DNA of 64,000 nucleotides from Eubacteriales bacterium (GCA_030532065.1 JAUNLW010000001.1:587853-651852), one strand, 5' to 3'; counted from the stretch's first letter, positions 46,824 through 57,817 are shown. Made by a program: numbers and translations. Notes: generated by a model from the letters alone, not told the origin.

Positions 46824-48494
46824 TTAGAAGAGGCCTTGGATATTGCCGTTTTCGTCCACGTCGATTGTCTCGGCTGCGGGCACCTTAGGCAAGCCAGGCA
46901 TAGTCATGATATCGCCCGTCAGAGCAACCAGGAAGCCGGCGCCGGCAGAGATTCTCAAGTCTCTTACAGTAATATTGAAGTTCTCTGGAGCTCCCAAACG
47001 CTTGGGATCATCGGAGAAAGAGTATTGAGTCTTAGCCATGCAGATCGGCAGTTTGCCATAACCAAGATCTTCCGCCTGTTTGATCTGGCGTTTAGCGGCG
47101 GAGGTAAATTCGACATTGTCAGCGCGGTATACGCGTTGGGCCAAGTGGCGAATCTTATCCTCAATGCTCTCGTCTAAGTCATAAGCGAATTTGAGGTCAG
47201 AGGGTTTCTCGCAGAGTGCCAGAACTTTTTCGGCCAGATCTACACCACCGTCACCACCTTTGCCCCAAACTTCGGAAAGAGCTACTTCAACACCTTGCTC
47301 AGCCGTCAGTTTGCGTACCATTTCGATCTCAGCTTCCGTATCTTGCGGGAAACGGTTGATAGCTACCACTACATCGCAATTGAAGACATTTTTCATGTTA
47401 TCTACATGACGCAGCAGGTTAGGCATACCTTTTTCCAGAGCTTCGAGGTTTTCCTGGTTGAGGTCTTTGAGGTCTGCACCGCCGTGGTGTTTTAGTGCGC
47501 GAATAGTTGCGACAACTACTACGGCATCCGGTTTCAGACCGGCTGCGCGGCATTTAATGTCGAGGAATTTCTCGGCACCCAGGTCACCACCGAAGCCTGC
47601 CTCCGTAACTGCGTAATCCGCGCATTGGAGAGCTAGCTTAGTAGCAACTACACTGTTACAACCGTGAGCGATGTTGGCGAAGGGTCCACCGTGAACAAAG
47701 GCCGGGGTGCCTTCAAGAGTCTGAACCAGGTTGGGTTGGAAAGCATCACGCAACAAGGCAGTCATTGCGCCTTCCGCTTTAAGGTCACCAATAGTAACCG
47801 GCTTCTTATCACGAGTGTAGGCTACGATCATGCGGGAGAGGCGTTCTTTGAGATCAGTCAGAGAGTCTGCCAGGCAGAATGCCGCCATAACTTCAGAAGC
47901 AACCGTGATATCAAAATGGTCTTCTCTGGGAACCCCGTCACCTCTGGCGCCTAGTCCGACTACTGTGTTACGCAGTACACGATCGTTCATATCTACGCAA
48001 CGATGCCAGATAATGCGCTTGACATCTATGTTCAGGCTATTTCCCTGCTGAATGTGGTTGTCCAGCATAGCAGAAGCCAGGTTGTTGGCAGCGCCAATCG
48101 CGTGGAAGTCACCAGTAAAGTGCAGGTTGAGGTTCTCCATAGGAATTACTTGAGCGTAACCGCCACCGGCAGCGCCACCTTTGACGCCGAATACCGGGCC
48201 TAAGGAAGGCTCACGTAACGCCACGGCACTGCGCTTACCCAGTTTTCTCAAGCCGTCAGCCAGACCGATGGTAGTAGTAGTCTTACCTTCACCGGCAGGG
48301 GTAGGCGTAATAGCAGTGGTTAAAATAAGTTTACCCTTGGGCTTGGAATCATCGATCTCGGAAAAAGGAACCTTAGCCATATACTTACCGTAATGGATCA
48401 CGTTCTCGGGATTTAGACCAGCTCTTTCGCCAATCTTATCGATCAATTCTGGGGTTGCCTCTTGGGCAATTTCAATGTCACTCTTGAAAGCCAT
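46824..48494 (-). CDS. fhs: formate--tetrahydrofolate ligase
   Basis: The protein is 556 aa. It contains [13 protein letters not shown] and [17 protein letters not shown]. Confidence 0.96.
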   Translation of the reverse strand: MAFKSDIEIAQEATPELIDKIGERAGLNPENVIHYGKYMAKVPFSEIDDSKPKGKLILTTAITPTPAGEGKTTTTIGLADGLRKLGKRSAVALREPSLGPVFGVKGGAAGGGYAQVIPMENLNLHFTGDFHAIGAANNLASAMLDNHIQQGNSLNIDVKRIIWHRCVDMNDRVLRNTVVGLGARGDGVPREDHFDITVASEVMAAFCLADSLTDLKERLSRMIVAYTRDKKPVTIGDLKAEGAMTALLRDAFQPNLVQTLEGTPAFVHGGPFANIAHGCNSVVATKLALQCADYAVTEAGFGGDLGAEKFLDIKCRAAGLKPDAVVVVATIRALKHHGGADLKDLNQENLEALEKGMPNLLRHVDNMKNVFNCDVVVAINRFPQDTEAEIEMVRKLTAEQGVEVALSEVWGKGGDGGVDLAEKVLALCEKPSDLKFAYDLDESIEDKIRHLAQRVYRADNVEFTSAAKRQIKQAEDLGYGKLPICMAKTQYSFSDDPKRLGAPENFNITVRDLRISAGAGFLVALTGDIMTMPGLPKVPAAETIDVDENGNIQGLF

Positions 48495-48512
48495 AAAAAT
48501 CCTCCTAGCCTT

Positions 48513-49241
48513 CTAAAAATCTTCAATGCCTTGACCGGCTGACAGCTCCTTTAGGTCTAAGAGCCAGATGATCCGGCCAGATACTTTGATCAGTCCATCA
48601 CGTTCCATGCTGATTAATTCCCGAGAAAAAGAAGGACGTGGCATGGCTAAGAGTTTTGCCACCATGGCTTTTGTCACTGGCAGAACTACAGCAGGCGTAG
48701 AAACCACCTTGAGCTCATCAGCCAAGCGTGTGCCTCTTTCTTCCAGGTCCTCTTTGAGCAGGCCTATGAGGTAGGCAGAAATTTTCTTACGCAGACTACG
48801 CTGCGAAAGCAAATAAATGCGCTGATCTTGTTCATTTACTTTGTCGGAAAGCGAAGCTAAAACGTTGCTGAGAAGTCTCGGTGATTCCGCGATCATCTCA
48901 AGCAGTTTGTCCCTTGAGATATAAAGGTACTTACCATTAGTCGCTGCTTCCAACGAGCACTGGTACTTACGTCTTTTACCAAAAAGCAAGTTATCACCAA
49001 ACACATCGTTTTCGCCAAGAAGGTCAAGGGTAGAATAATCACCATTGGGAGAAGTCATAAGAGTGGCCACTTTGCCATCCAAAATAACGATGATACCTTC
49101 ACAGTCATCACCTTCTTGGATAATCAGGTCACCCTTCCAGAAAACTCTCACTAAGTTGGAATTACAGTACGTGTAATACACGTCTTGGTCGAGATTAGCG
49201 AATAATGCGGTGTTTTTGAGAACATCACAGACTTTCTTCAA
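48513..49241 (-). CDS. Crp/Fnr-family transcriptional regulator
   Basis: It has a cNMP-binding-type beta-roll (FWKGDLIIQEGDDCEGIIVILDG) and a C-terminal HTH (RPSFSRELISMERDGLI). The ORF-track start at 49322 lies inside tRNA-Leu. The likely start is TTG 49241, 8 nt after AGAGAGG. Confidence 0.8.
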   Translation of the reverse strand: MKKVCDVLKNTALFANLDQDVYYTYCNSNLVRVFWKGDLIIQEGDDCEGIIVILDGKVATLMTSPNGDYSTLDLLGENDVFGDNLLFGKRRKYQCSLEAATNGKYLYISRDKLLEMIAESPRLLSNVLASLSDKVNEQDQRIYLLSQRSLRKKISAYLIGLLKEDLEERGTRLADELKVVSTPAVVLPVTKAMVAKLLAMPRPSFSRELISMERDGLIKVSGRIIWLLDLKELSAGQGIEDF

Positions 49242-49280
49242 AGCGGGTACCTCTCTTGCTGTTCGGGCTGTGCCCAAAAC

Positions 49281-49365
49281 TGGTGCGGATGACAGGACTT
49301 GAACCTGCATGCCGTGAAGCACTGGAACCTAAATCCAGCGTGTCTGCCAATTCCACCACATCCGC
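49281..49365 (-). tRNA. tRNA-Leu (anticodon UAG), CCA encoded
   Basis: The sequence is 85 nt on the minus strand. The acceptor stem is GCGGATG/CATCCGC, the anticodon arm is CTGGA-TTTAGGT-TCCAG, there is a long variable arm, and the T arm is CAGG-TTCAAGT-CCTG. The 3' end is ACCA. Confidence 0.92.
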
Positions 49366-49383
49366 ATCGGAGTTGCTTTAGTT

Positions 49384-49411
49384 ATTTTACCTAAATTTGC
49401 CGCGTTTGCAA
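49384..49411 (-). promoter_or_regulatory. sigma-70-type promoter for tRNA-Leu (and probably the downstream crp-like gene and fhs)
   Basis: On the minus strand: TTGCAA (49411-49406), a 16-nt spacer, then TAAAAT (49389-49384). It lies ~19 nt upstream of the tRNA 5' end. Confidence 0.55.
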
Positions 49412-49440
49412 AGAAAAAGATTCAATAGAGCAGAGCCAGA

Positions 49441-51270
49441 CTAATCATCCAACTTAAGCACACTGAGGAAAGCCTCCTGAGGAATTTCCACGCTGCCTAC
49501 ACTACGCATGCGTTTTTTACCTTCTTTTTGCTTCTCCAATAGTTTCTTTTTACGGCTAATATCACCGCCATAGCATTTTGCCAAAACGTCCTTGCGGTAG
49601 GCTCTGACTGTCTCGCGGGCTATGATCTTGCCGCCGATGCTGGCCTGTACCGGAACTTCAAACTGATGGCGAGGGATATTATCCTTAAGCTTTTCGCAGA
49701 TCCTGCGCGCTCTAGCATAGGCTTTTTCTTCCGCCACGATAAAGCTTAGAGCGTCCACATTTTCGCCATTAATTAAAATATCCAGCTTGACCAGCTTACC
49801 AGGACGATACTCTAAGATATGGTAAGACAAGGAAGCGTAGCCTCTTGAACGTGACTTGAGAGCGTCAAAGAAGTCATAAATGATTTCGTTGAGCGGCATC
49901 TCATAATGGAGTTCCACTATCCTCTGGTCCAGATATTGCATATCGCGGAAGACACCTCGGCGTTCCTGACACAAGTCCATAATATTACCTACGAACTCTA
50001 CCGGCGTCATAATATTAGCCAGGACAATCGGTTCCTCAATGGCTTCAATCGTGGCTGGATCCGGCATGTCACTGGGATTTTGCAATTCCATGTACTGGCC
50101 GTTGGTCAGCCTGATCTTATAAATAACGGAAGGAGCGGTGGAAATCAAATTTAACTGGTACTCTCTTTCCAGCCGTTCCAGGATAATTTCATAGTGAAGC
50201 AAACCCAAAAAACCACAGCGAAAACCAAAGCCCAGGGCAGCGGAAGTCTCTGCCTCAAAAGAGAGCGCCGCATCATTTAGTTGCAGTTTTTCCAAGGCTT
50301 CTCTGAGTGCTCCGTAATCGGCTCCGTCAATGGGATAAATCCCACAGAAAACCATTTGTTGGACCGGTTCATAGCCGGCCAACGGTTCTTTAGCTCCATT
50401 TTCCGTATGAGTCACCGTATCGCCAACCCGGCAGTCCTGGACATTCTTTATGCCACAGCATACATATCCAACATCTCCTGCGGAAAGCGACTTGGTTGGC
50501 ACTTCCCTGCCAGGCTCAAAATAACCTATTTCAACTACTTCATAATTTTTACCGGTGTGCATGAGTTTAATCTCATCACCCAGATGAATCTCACCTGATT
50601 TTACCTGGATATGCATAACGGCACCACGATAGCTGTCATAAGCCGAATCAAAAATCAAAGCCTTCAGGGGTTCTGCTGGATCCGGTACTACTGGTGGAGG
50701 TAGATGCTTTACGATGCCTTCCAAAACTTCGTGAATATTGAGTTTTTGCTTAGCTGAAATAGCCGGGGCATCAGAGGCATCAAGGCCAATCACTTCTTCA
50801 ATTTCCAGCCGTACTTCTTCCGGTCTGGCTGCCGGGAGATCAATTTTATTGATTACCGGCAGAATTTCCAGGCCGGCTTCAATCGCCAAATACGCATTGG
50901 CCAGAGTTTGGGCTTCTACCCCTTGAGCAGCGTCTACCACCAATATGGCGCCATCACAGGCAGCCAACGTACGGGATACTTCGTAGTTGAAGTCTACGTG
51001 TCCCGGTGTATCAATCAAGTTGAGAAGATATTCCTCACCATCATCAGCGCGATAGGTTAAGCGCGCAGCCTGAGCCTTGATCGTAATACCACGTTCTCGC
51101 TCCAGATCCATATTATCCAAAACCTGGTTTTGCATCTCGCGTTGTGAGAGAGTGCCACAAGTTTCGATCAGGCAGTCCGCCAAAGTAGACTTACCATGGT
51201 CAATGTGCGCGATAATACAAAAGTTGCGAATATGGGCAATTTTTGCTGCATCGTTGGGCATCGCCACCAT
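49441..51270 (-). CDS. lepA: elongation factor 4 (LepA)
   Basis: The protein is 609 aa. It contains [27 protein letters not shown] and a LepA-specific C-terminal domain. An alternative start is ATG 51261. Confidence 0.96.
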   Translation of the reverse strand: MVAMPNDAAKIAHIRNFCIIAHIDHGKSTLADCLIETCGTLSQREMQNQVLDNMDLERERGITIKAQAARLTYRADDGEEYLLNLIDTPGHVDFNYEVSRTLAACDGAILVVDAAQGVEAQTLANAYLAIEAGLEILPVINKIDLPAARPEEVRLEIEEVIGLDASDAPAISAKQKLNIHEVLEGIVKHLPPPVVPDPAEPLKALIFDSAYDSYRGAVMHIQVKSGEIHLGDEIKLMHTGKNYEVVEIGYFEPGREVPTKSLSAGDVGYVCCGIKNVQDCRVGDTVTHTENGAKEPLAGYEPVQQMVFCGIYPIDGADYGALREALEKLQLNDAALSFEAETSAALGFGFRCGFLGLLHYEIILERLEREYQLNLISTAPSVIYKIRLTNGQYMELQNPSDMPDPATIEAIEEPIVLANIMTPVEFVGNIMDLCQERRGVFRDMQYLDQRIVELHYEMPLNEIIYDFFDALKSRSRGYASLSYHILEYRPGKLVKLDILINGENVDALSFIVAEEKAYARARRICEKLKDNIPRHQFEVPVQASIGGKIIARETVRAYRKDVLAKCYGGDISRKKKLLEKQKEGKKRMRSVGSVEIPQEAFLSVLKLDD

Positions 51271-51374
51271 CCTTTCTCAGCGTCCTTACCTGGTACGCTG
51301 TACTTTGTTAGTTTAAGCCGCGTGGGGCGGCCAGAAATCGATTATAAAGCTCACAGAATTTGTGAACCGTTATT

Positions 51375-52124
51375 TTACTTAGGTACTCCGAAATGGTCAA
51401 ACGGGTAAAAGCGAATCAATAGTTTACCCATAATATTGGTATGCGGTACAGGACCAAAACTACGGCTGTCATTACTATTATTCCTATTATCTCCCAGGCA
51501 GTAATACTCGTTCTCACCCAACACGACTCTGTCAAAAGCCGGATTATGCGAGGTAGTTGGTACACCCTCCAGCAAGAATGGCTGATCCAGAACTTCTCCG
51601 TTGATATACACCTGATTATCTTTAATCTCAACGGTTTCGCCCGGTAAGCCTACCACTCTTTTTATAATGTGATTAGGCCTGGGGTCCAGCCCCTTAGTAT
51701 CTACTGTAATAATATCAAAGCGATTAATCTTGCCAAAGTAACGACTGACCTTCTCGACAAAGAGCTCATCTCCGTCTTGCAGGGTCGGCACCATGGATTC
51801 GCCCTTTACCGTATTGCGTTGGAGCACATAGTTGGTAACCAGGAGCGAAATAACAATAACGATAAGAACCAGCTTTACGTACTCTAGCACTTCGGTTAAG
51901 ATATCCTTTTTTTTACGCTTAGTATCTACCTCGTCTTCCTCGGGAGTTGGCTCTCCTTCTGGGGCAGATCCTGGCTCTTTCTCTTGATGATATTCATTAT
52001 CAATCTCTGCCGGATCAAAGCCTTCGGTTATCGGTTCTTTCTGCTTAGTTGAAAGAGCATCCGCGTTTGCTGACGGCCCTGTTGGCTCTTCAGACTGTTT
52101 TACCTGCCACTTGTTTTCTGACAT
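51375..52124 (-). CDS. lepB: signal peptidase I (with ~85-aa acidic N-terminal cytoplasmic extension)
   Basis: The protein is 249 aa. It has one TM segment and the S26 motifs GESMVPTL, RVVGLPGE and GDNRNNSNDSR. Confidence 0.9.
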   Translation of the reverse strand: MSENKWQVKQSEEPTGPSANADALSTKQKEPITEGFDPAEIDNEYHQEKEPGSAPEGEPTPEEDEVDTKRKKKDILTEVLEYVKLVLIVIVISLLVTNYVLQRNTVKGESMVPTLQDGDELFVEKVSRYFGKINRFDIITVDTKGLDPRPNHIIKRVVGLPGETVEIKDNQVYINGEVLDQPFLLEGVPTTSHNPAFDRVVLGENEYYCLGDNRNNSNDSRSFGPVPHTNIMGKLLIRFYPFDHFGVPK

Positions 52125-52148
52125 GGTCTTTCCTTTCCCCGCTCAAAT

Positions 52149-53942
52149 CTATTCTGATTCCGAATTTTGCGCACCAGGTTTGATTGCAATCCCGAGTTCT
52201 TCCAGTTGTTGCGGATCAACGTAGTCCGGGCAAGACATCATCAGATCAGTAGAGTTCTGTACCTTGGGGAAAGCGATTACTTCACGGATATTGTCACAGC
52301 CACAAAGCAACATTACCAGACGATCTAATCCCAGAGCGATACCAGCATGAGGTGGAACACCGTAGTCAAAAGCTTTAAGCAGAAAGCCAAAGCGCTCATG
52401 TGCCTCTTCTTCTGACATGCCGATCAAGGAGAAAATTTTGTTTTGCATCTCTTGATCAAAGATACGCAGGCTACCACTGCCTAACTCATAGCCGTTGAGG
52501 ACCAGGTCATAGGCATTGGCACGCCAATCCAGAGGGTCTTTGCTTTCATCAGCATAATCCTCTGCCAGGGGTTGGGTAAAAGGATGGTGAGCGGCAATCA
52601 GGCGCTGGTTTTCTTCGTCATACTCAAACATAGGGAAGTGAACAACCCACAGCGGACGCCAGGCTTTCTTATCAATCAGATCCAGTTCTTGACCAACTTC
52701 CAGTCGCAGGCGGCCCAGGATATCCAGAGCCTTGTACTTCTCATCTGCGATGAAAAGGAAGAGGTCACCTTTATTTGCGTCTAAATCCTGAGCCAATTTA
52801 TCCATGAAATCCTGGCCTAAGAACTTGGTAGCCGAACCGCGTAATTTATCCTCATAAGCCATCCATACCAGACCTTTAGCTCCTCTACTCCTGGCAAAAT
52901 CGGTGAGCTCATCTAAACGGCGACGCTTAAAGGATGCTCCACCAGGCACTACCAGGCAACCTACCATACCACCCGCATCTAGGGCAGAACGGAAAACCTG
53001 GAAGTCCAGGTCCTTTACTTGCTCATTGATGTTCTGAATCTCCATGCCCATACGCATATCAGGCTTGTCGGAGCCAAAACGGCACATAGCTTCATCCCAG
53101 CTCAAGCGCTGGAAGGGTAAATCCAATTCCACACCCAGGATTTCCTGGAAGAGATCATGCATATAATGTTCCAGCAAGTCAAAGATCTCTTCTTCCGAAG
53201 CAAAGCTGAGCTCTAAGTCCAACTGAGTAAACTCAGGTTGGCGGTCTGCTCTTAAGTCCTCATCACGATAGCAGCGAGCGATCTGCATGTAGCGGTCAAA
53301 ACCCGCAACCATCAGGAGCTGCTTCAAGATTTGCGGAGATTGGGGCAGTGCAAAGAACTTACCCGGGAAGACTCTGGAAGGTACCAGATAGTCACGCGCG
53401 CCTTCAGGTGTTGACTTGATAAAAGTAGGTGTCTCCACATCAATAAAGCCACGCTCCGCAAACCAGTTGCGCGTAAATAAAGTAGCCTTACTGCGCAGCA
53501 TGAGATTTTTTTGCATCACCGGTCTGCGCAAATCCAGATAACGGTATTCCAGGCGCAGTGACTCACGGGCCTGGTCTTCGTCCTCAATATAAAAAGGTGG
53601 AGTCTTGGAAGGAGAAAGGATCCTCAACTCGCTAACGTGCAACTCCCAGGCACCGGTCTCCATCCCGGGGTTGGGGTCTTTACGCATACGTAGTTTACCG
53701 CGCACAGCCAACACGTATTCGCTGCGCACCTTTTGGGCTTTGGCCAACAATTCTTCAGGTGATTCTTCGTCTACAACCAGCTGTAGCTCGCCCGAGCGGT
53801 CTCTCAAGGTCATAAAGACTATCTTACCCAAATCTCTTTGCTGGTGGCACCAGCCCATAAGACACAATTCTGTATCTACATCTGCCTGGGTAACCTCAGC
53901 TACTCTCTTGCTACGCTTCATGCCTTGCATTGACTCTTGCAT
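52149..53942 (-). CDS. aspS: aspartyl-tRNA synthetase
   Basis: The protein is 597 aa. It has an OB anticodon-binding domain and class II motifs (FRAD..., GLDRLVMLL). Confidence 0.96.
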   Translation of the reverse strand: MQESMQGMKRSKRVAEVTQADVDTELCLMGWCHQQRDLGKIVFMTLRDRSGELQLVVDEESPEELLAKAQKVRSEYVLAVRGKLRMRKDPNPGMETGAWELHVSELRILSPSKTPPFYIEDEDQARESLRLEYRYLDLRRPVMQKNLMLRSKATLFTRNWFAERGFIDVETPTFIKSTPEGARDYLVPSRVFPGKFFALPQSPQILKQLLMVAGFDRYMQIARCYRDEDLRADRQPEFTQLDLELSFASEEEIFDLLEHYMHDLFQEILGVELDLPFQRLSWDEAMCRFGSDKPDMRMGMEIQNINEQVKDLDFQVFRSALDAGGMVGCLVVPGGASFKRRRLDELTDFARSRGAKGLVWMAYEDKLRGSATKFLGQDFMDKLAQDLDANKGDLFLFIADEKYKALDILGRLRLEVGQELDLIDKKAWRPLWVVHFPMFEYDEENQRLIAAHHPFTQPLAEDYADESKDPLDWRANAYDLVLNGYELGSGSLRIFDQEMQNKIFSLIGMSEEEAHERFGFLLKAFDYGVPPHAGIALGLDRLVMLLCGCDNIREVIAFPKVQNSTDLMMSCPDYVDPQQLEELGIAIKPGAQNSESE

Positions 53943-54014
53943 ACTTGATCTATCTCCTTTTTATATATAGAAAAATCTTACATTTAGGCTGACTTAAATC
54001 AGCAGGTTAAAATA

Positions 54015-55271
54015 CTAGTTTCCGGTAAGTAGAAATTGTACCAGTTCCTCAAAACTCATCTTAAATTCTTCACCATCTGACATGCGCTTGATCATACCGG
54101 AGCCACTATCTACTTCATCTTCACCAATTACCATCAGGTACTTGGCCCCTAAACGATTGGCTTGCTTCATTTGGGATTTGAAGCTCCTGCCGCTGGTATC
54201 AGCTTCTGCATAAATGCCGGCTGAGCGCAGGCGATAACAAAAGCTGTTGGCAAAAACTCGATACTCCGGTAAGCAGGCCAGGAAAATATCCGGGGCGGCA
54301 TAAGATATGAACTCTACTCCCTGATTTTCTAACTCTAGAAGCAAGCGCTCAAAGCCAAGCGCAAAACCCACGCCCGGGGTATGAGGTCCATTCAGCAATT
54401 CTACCAGGCCATCATAACGTCCTCCACCACAGATAGTGCCCTGGCTACCTACTGCATCTGAAACAAACTCGAATACAGTCTTAGTATAGTAGTCCAGGCC
54501 ACGCACCAAGCGCGGATTGATCTTATAGGGGATCTCATAATTATCTAAAAGCTGTCGCAGCTGGTCCCAGTGTTCCTGACAGTCGGGACACAAGTACTCT
54601 AAAGGAGAAGGCGCATCTTGCGTCAGATTGTGGCAGTGATCATTTTTACAATCCAAAATTCTTAAAGGATTGGTCTCAAAACGCGATTGGCAATCCTCAC
54701 AGAGCTCCGGCAGCAGGGGGCGCAGAAAATCCTGCAAGGCCGCCCGGTATTGGGGTCTACACTCAGGACAGCCGATGGAATTAATCTCCAGATTGAAGTG
54801 GCTCATGCCCAGCTCAATAAAGAAGATTCGCAGCAAACTAATAAGTTCTGCGTCTGCTGTAGCATCTTCACTTCCGAAGCACTCACAGCCCAGCTGGTGG
54901 AATTCGCGATAGCGACCCTTTTGCATCTTCTCATAACGGAACGCGGAAATATTGTAGTAGAGCTTTAGTGGGCTGGGCATGGAAGCCAGGCCATGCTCTA
55001 TATAGGCTCTCGCTACGCCGGCTGTACCCTCAGGTCTTAGCGTTAAAGGGCGGCCGGATTTATCCTCGAAATTATACATTTCTTTCTGGACTACATCCGT
55101 ACTGTCACCTACACCTCTTGCAAAAAGATCTGTTTGCTCAAAGGTTGGCGTGCGAATCTCCTGGTAACCAAAGCGGCGGCACACTTCGGCGAACTTATCT
55201 TCAACGATCTGCCACATCCGACTTTCTGTAGGCAGTATATCTTTCGTACCACGGGGTGCTGAATATTTCAT
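54015..55271 (-). CDS. hisS: histidyl-tRNA synthetase
   Basis: The protein is 418 aa. It contains RGTKDILP, LRPEGTA and GGGRYDGL. Confidence 0.96.
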   Translation of the reverse strand: MKYSAPRGTKDILPTESRMWQIVEDKFAEVCRRFGYQEIRTPTFEQTDLFARGVGDSTDVVQKEMYNFEDKSGRPLTLRPEGTAGVARAYIEHGLASMPSPLKLYYNISAFRYEKMQKGRYREFHQLGCECFGSEDATADAELISLLRIFFIELGMSHFNLEINSIGCPECRPQYRAALQDFLRPLLPELCEDCQSRFETNPLRILDCKNDHCHNLTQDAPSPLEYLCPDCQEHWDQLRQLLDNYEIPYKINPRLVRGLDYYTKTVFEFVSDAVGSQGTICGGGRYDGLVELLNGPHTPGVGFALGFERLLLELENQGVEFISYAAPDIFLACLPEYRVFANSFCYRLRSAGIYAEADTSGRSFKSQMKQANRLGAKYLMVIGEDEVDSGSGMIKRMSDGEEFKMSFEELVQFLLTGN

Positions 55272-55483
55272 AACTGTCCTTCCTACTTAGAGCCCTTAAC
55301 AGGGCTCTTAGCGTCTGTCAAGTATAGCAGATTATAAGCCGTCTTTTCCTGAGCTCAGGAGCGGCTTTTTCGCTACTTTTCCCTATATGTTACAATAAAG
55401 CTAAGTTTTTCTAACCGATTTTTATGAGAACTTCTACTCACATCAAAGTTGAAGCAGAAGCGGAAAGTAAAGGAGCTGTTACC

Positions 55484-55915
55484 ATGAGCTTGCAAGAATC
55501 AGGAGAAATGTATCTCGAGACTATCTATGTTCTACACCAAGATCAAGAGATCGTGCGTTCTATTGATCTGGCTAACGCCATGGGCTTTTCCAAGCCTTCC
55601 GTCAGCCGTGCCGTCCACAATCTGGAGGACGCTCGCTATCTGACTATTGAAGCCAACGGCAACCTGAAATTGACAGACAAAGGTTTGGTTTCTGCCAAAA
55701 GCATTTACGAGAAACACGTTTTCTTTTCTAACTACTTTATCGCCATCGGCGTCGATGAAGAAACGGCCATCGAAGACGCCTGCGCCTTAGAGCATATAAT
55801 CTCCGAAGAAACATTTGCCAAGGTCAAGGCTCATCTGTCTACTTGTGTGGATCTAGATGGATATGACTACTATAAGGCGTATATAAACAAGGGAAGGTGT
55901 ACAGAAAAAGGTTAA
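55484..55915 (+). CDS. mntR: DtxR/MntR-family metal-dependent transcriptional regulator
   Basis: It contains SGEMYLETIYVL and KPSVSRAVHNLEDARYL. The start is ATG 55484, 8 nt after AAGGAG, and the ORF-track start at 55424 is an extension. Confidence 0.82.
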   Translation: MSLQESGEMYLETIYVLHQDQEIVRSIDLANAMGFSKPSVSRAVHNLEDARYLTIEANGNLKLTDKGLVSAKSIYEKHVFFSNYFIAIGVDEETAIEDACALEHIISEETFAKVKAHLSTCVDLDGYDYYKAYINKGRCTEKG

Positions 55916-55936
55916 TCGCATTATTATCCATAAACT

Positions 55937-55989
55937 AAAAGCTCTCCCTTCTGTTATGTCACAAACTCAGGGAAGAGCTTTCTCGTTTT
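55937..55989. terminator. bidirectional terminator between mntR and etfA
   Basis: The stem is AAGCTCTCCCT (55939-55949) / AGGGAAGAGCTT (55969-55980) with one bulge. An A-run precedes it and T-rich TCTCGTTTT follows. Confidence 0.55.
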
Positions 55990-56003
55990 AGGATAATTAT
56001 TAA

Positions 56004-56990
56004 TTAGGCTTGTTCCAAGAACTCTTTGAGGATCACGTTAGCATCCGCTACAATACCATAATCAGCCTCACGGAAAATTGCCGCGTGAGGATCCGTATTG
56101 ATCGCAATATAGGTCTCCACGTCTTTTATTCCTTCTGTGTGCTGGATAGCACCGGAAACACCAACAGAAACACAGAGTTTAGGCCTTATGGTACAGCCTG
56201 TCTGGCCGATCTGGCGTTCAAAAGGCATCAGTCCCACATCTGAGAGCGGACGAGTACATGCTACTGCTGCTCCAATTTTATCCGCGAACGCCTGGACCAA
56301 TGCCAGGCTATCTGGAGATTCCATACCTTTGCCAACTACTACTACTTTTTCGGCTGAGCTGATGGAGTCGGTTACTGCAGCTTTAGCCTCTTGATTCAGC
56401 ACTTTGATACCAGAATCCGGGAAGGAAAATTTATTAGTAAAATCCTCTTGTTTAGTAACCAGAGTTTGCGGCTCTGCCGGAGAGTAGATAGCTTGGCGTA
56501 CTGTCAAAATCTGAGGGAAAAACTCATCCCGTATTACAATGGTAACGTAAACATTGTCGCCGAATGAAGGCTTGTTGTGCTTTATGTAATAAGTACCATC
56601 TTCGCGTTCCCCTACCAATAACTCGGTACAATCTGCAGTTAAACCACAATTAAGTCGCATGGCTACTCGAGAAAAGATAGAGCGTCCTTCTGGGCTAGCT
56701 GGTACCAACACAGAGCTTGGTTGGGTTTCTTCAAGAATATCAGATACCACCTTGGCTATGGCATCATCTTGCAAAGTGTGACCCTCTGGTAAGTCATACA
56801 CTAAGGTTCTGTCTACACCAAATGACTCAACTTCTTTGCAAAGGTCTGCTGTATTGTTATCAATAACAAGCGCGGAGATTTCTTCGCCCGTTATTTTTTG
56901 GAGTTCACGCGCTGCTGTAAGGAGTTCAGCAAAAGTAGCGGAAATCACACCGTTATGCGCCTCTACATAAATGCAAATACCTTGTCTCAT
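56004..56990 (-). CDS. etfA: electron transfer flavoprotein alpha subunit
   Basis: The protein is 328 aa. It has the C-terminal FAD-binding signature PKLCVSVGVSGAIQHTEGI. Confidence 0.92.
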   Translation of the reverse strand: MRQGICIYVEAHNGVISATFAELLTAARELQKITGEEISALVIDNNTADLCKEVESFGVDRTLVYDLPEGHTLQDDAIAKVVSDILEETQPSSVLVPASPEGRSIFSRVAMRLNCGLTADCTELLVGEREDGTYYIKHNKPSFGDNVYVTIVIRDEFFPQILTVRQAIYSPAEPQTLVTKQEDFTNKFSFPDSGIKVLNQEAKAAVTDSISSAEKVVVVGKGMESPDSLALVQAFADKIGAAVACTRPLSDVGLMPFERQIGQTGCTIRPKLCVSVGVSGAIQHTEGIKDVETYIAINTDPHAAIFREADYGIVADANVILKEFLEQA

Positions 56991-56992
56991 AT

Positions 56993-57784
56993 TTATACCT
57001 CCTCTCCTTTTGCCAGTAATTCTTTCAATTGCTGGGTTAACTCACTCTCGCTACCACTAAGCATTTCTGCCTTTCTGCCGTCCTGAGGCTCCCATGAATC
57101 AATAACACGGCTGGGGGAACCCTCAGCCCCGATAAGAGTAGACGGCATCTTTATCTCCTCATTGGTTACCGTCAGCAAAGGTTTCTTTTTTGCGGCGCGT
57201 GTACTGCGTAAAGTAGCCAAGCGAGGTTCGTTACAACCAAATTGGAAAGTTAAGAGTACAGGTAGATTCACTTGCAGCGTGTAAGTCTGATATTCCAAAT
57301 CTTTGAGTACTTCGATTTGGCGTCTTTCTTCTGACGCACTCACAATGGCACGCATTTCGCTTACATGAGGTATATCCATGACCTCTGCCACCATAGGACC
57401 AACTTGGCCAGTGGCACCGTCTGAAGATAAGGCGCCACATACTATAAGGTCTATGTCGCCGTAATATTCCACTGCTTTGGCTAAAACTCTTGCTGTTGCC
57501 AGTGTGTCAGCCCGACCAAAAGCGCGGTCGGTGATCAGGCAAGCTTCATCGCAACCTATAGCCATGGCTTCACGCAGCGAAGATTCGGCCTGAGGCGGTC
57601 CCATAGTAAACACGACCACCTTGCCGCCCTGCTGATCACGCAAAGCCAAGGCTGCCTCGATAGCATTGCGGTCGGAAGGATTGATCATACCTTCCACGCT
57701 GGCCCGGATCAAGGCATGAGTCTCAGGGTCGACAGAAACTTTATTGGAAACCGGTACCTGTTTAATAAGAACAGCTATATTCAC
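56993..57784 (-). CDS. etfB: electron transfer flavoprotein beta subunit
   Basis: It contains NIAVLIKQVP and DLIVCGALSSDGATGQVGP. The start is GTG 57784, 6 nt after AAGGAG. The ORF-track start at 57820 lies inside an upstream hairpin. Confidence 0.9.
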   Translation of the reverse strand: MNIAVLIKQVPVSNKVSVDPETHALIRASVEGMINPSDRNAIEAALALRDQQGGKVVVFTMGPPQAESSLREAMAIGCDEACLITDRAFGRADTLATARVLAKAVEYYGDIDLIVCGALSSDGATGQVGPMVAEVMDIPHVSEMRAIVSASEERRQIEVLKDLEYQTYTLQVNLPVLLTFQFGCNEPRLATLRSTRAAKKKPLLTVTNEEIKMPSTLIGAEGSPSRVIDSWEPQDGRKAEMLSGSESELTQQLKELLAKGEEV

Positions 57785-57817
57785 GACGTTCTCCTTTCTT
57801 CTTTTCTCAGATAAATT

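Noticed and set aside
49242-49322. N-terminal 27 codons of the Crp-family ORF as given in the track.
   Set aside because: They overlap the tRNA-Leu gene body (49281-49365). The start was moved to TTG 49241, which has an upstream AGAGAGG.
55272-55483. A possible T-box or other riboswitch upstream of hisS-aspS, and a plus-strand hairpin with a T-run (about 55338-55378) in the hisS/mntR divergent spacer. Also whether trpS (41085-41099) has a T-box.
   Set aside because: - No T-box core sequence or specifier-loop architecture is visible.
- The spacer upstream of trpS is only 15 nt.
- The 55.3-kb hairpin is two short helices split by an asymmetric internal loop, with no upstream plus-strand gene to terminate.
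- The evidence is insufficient to call an element.
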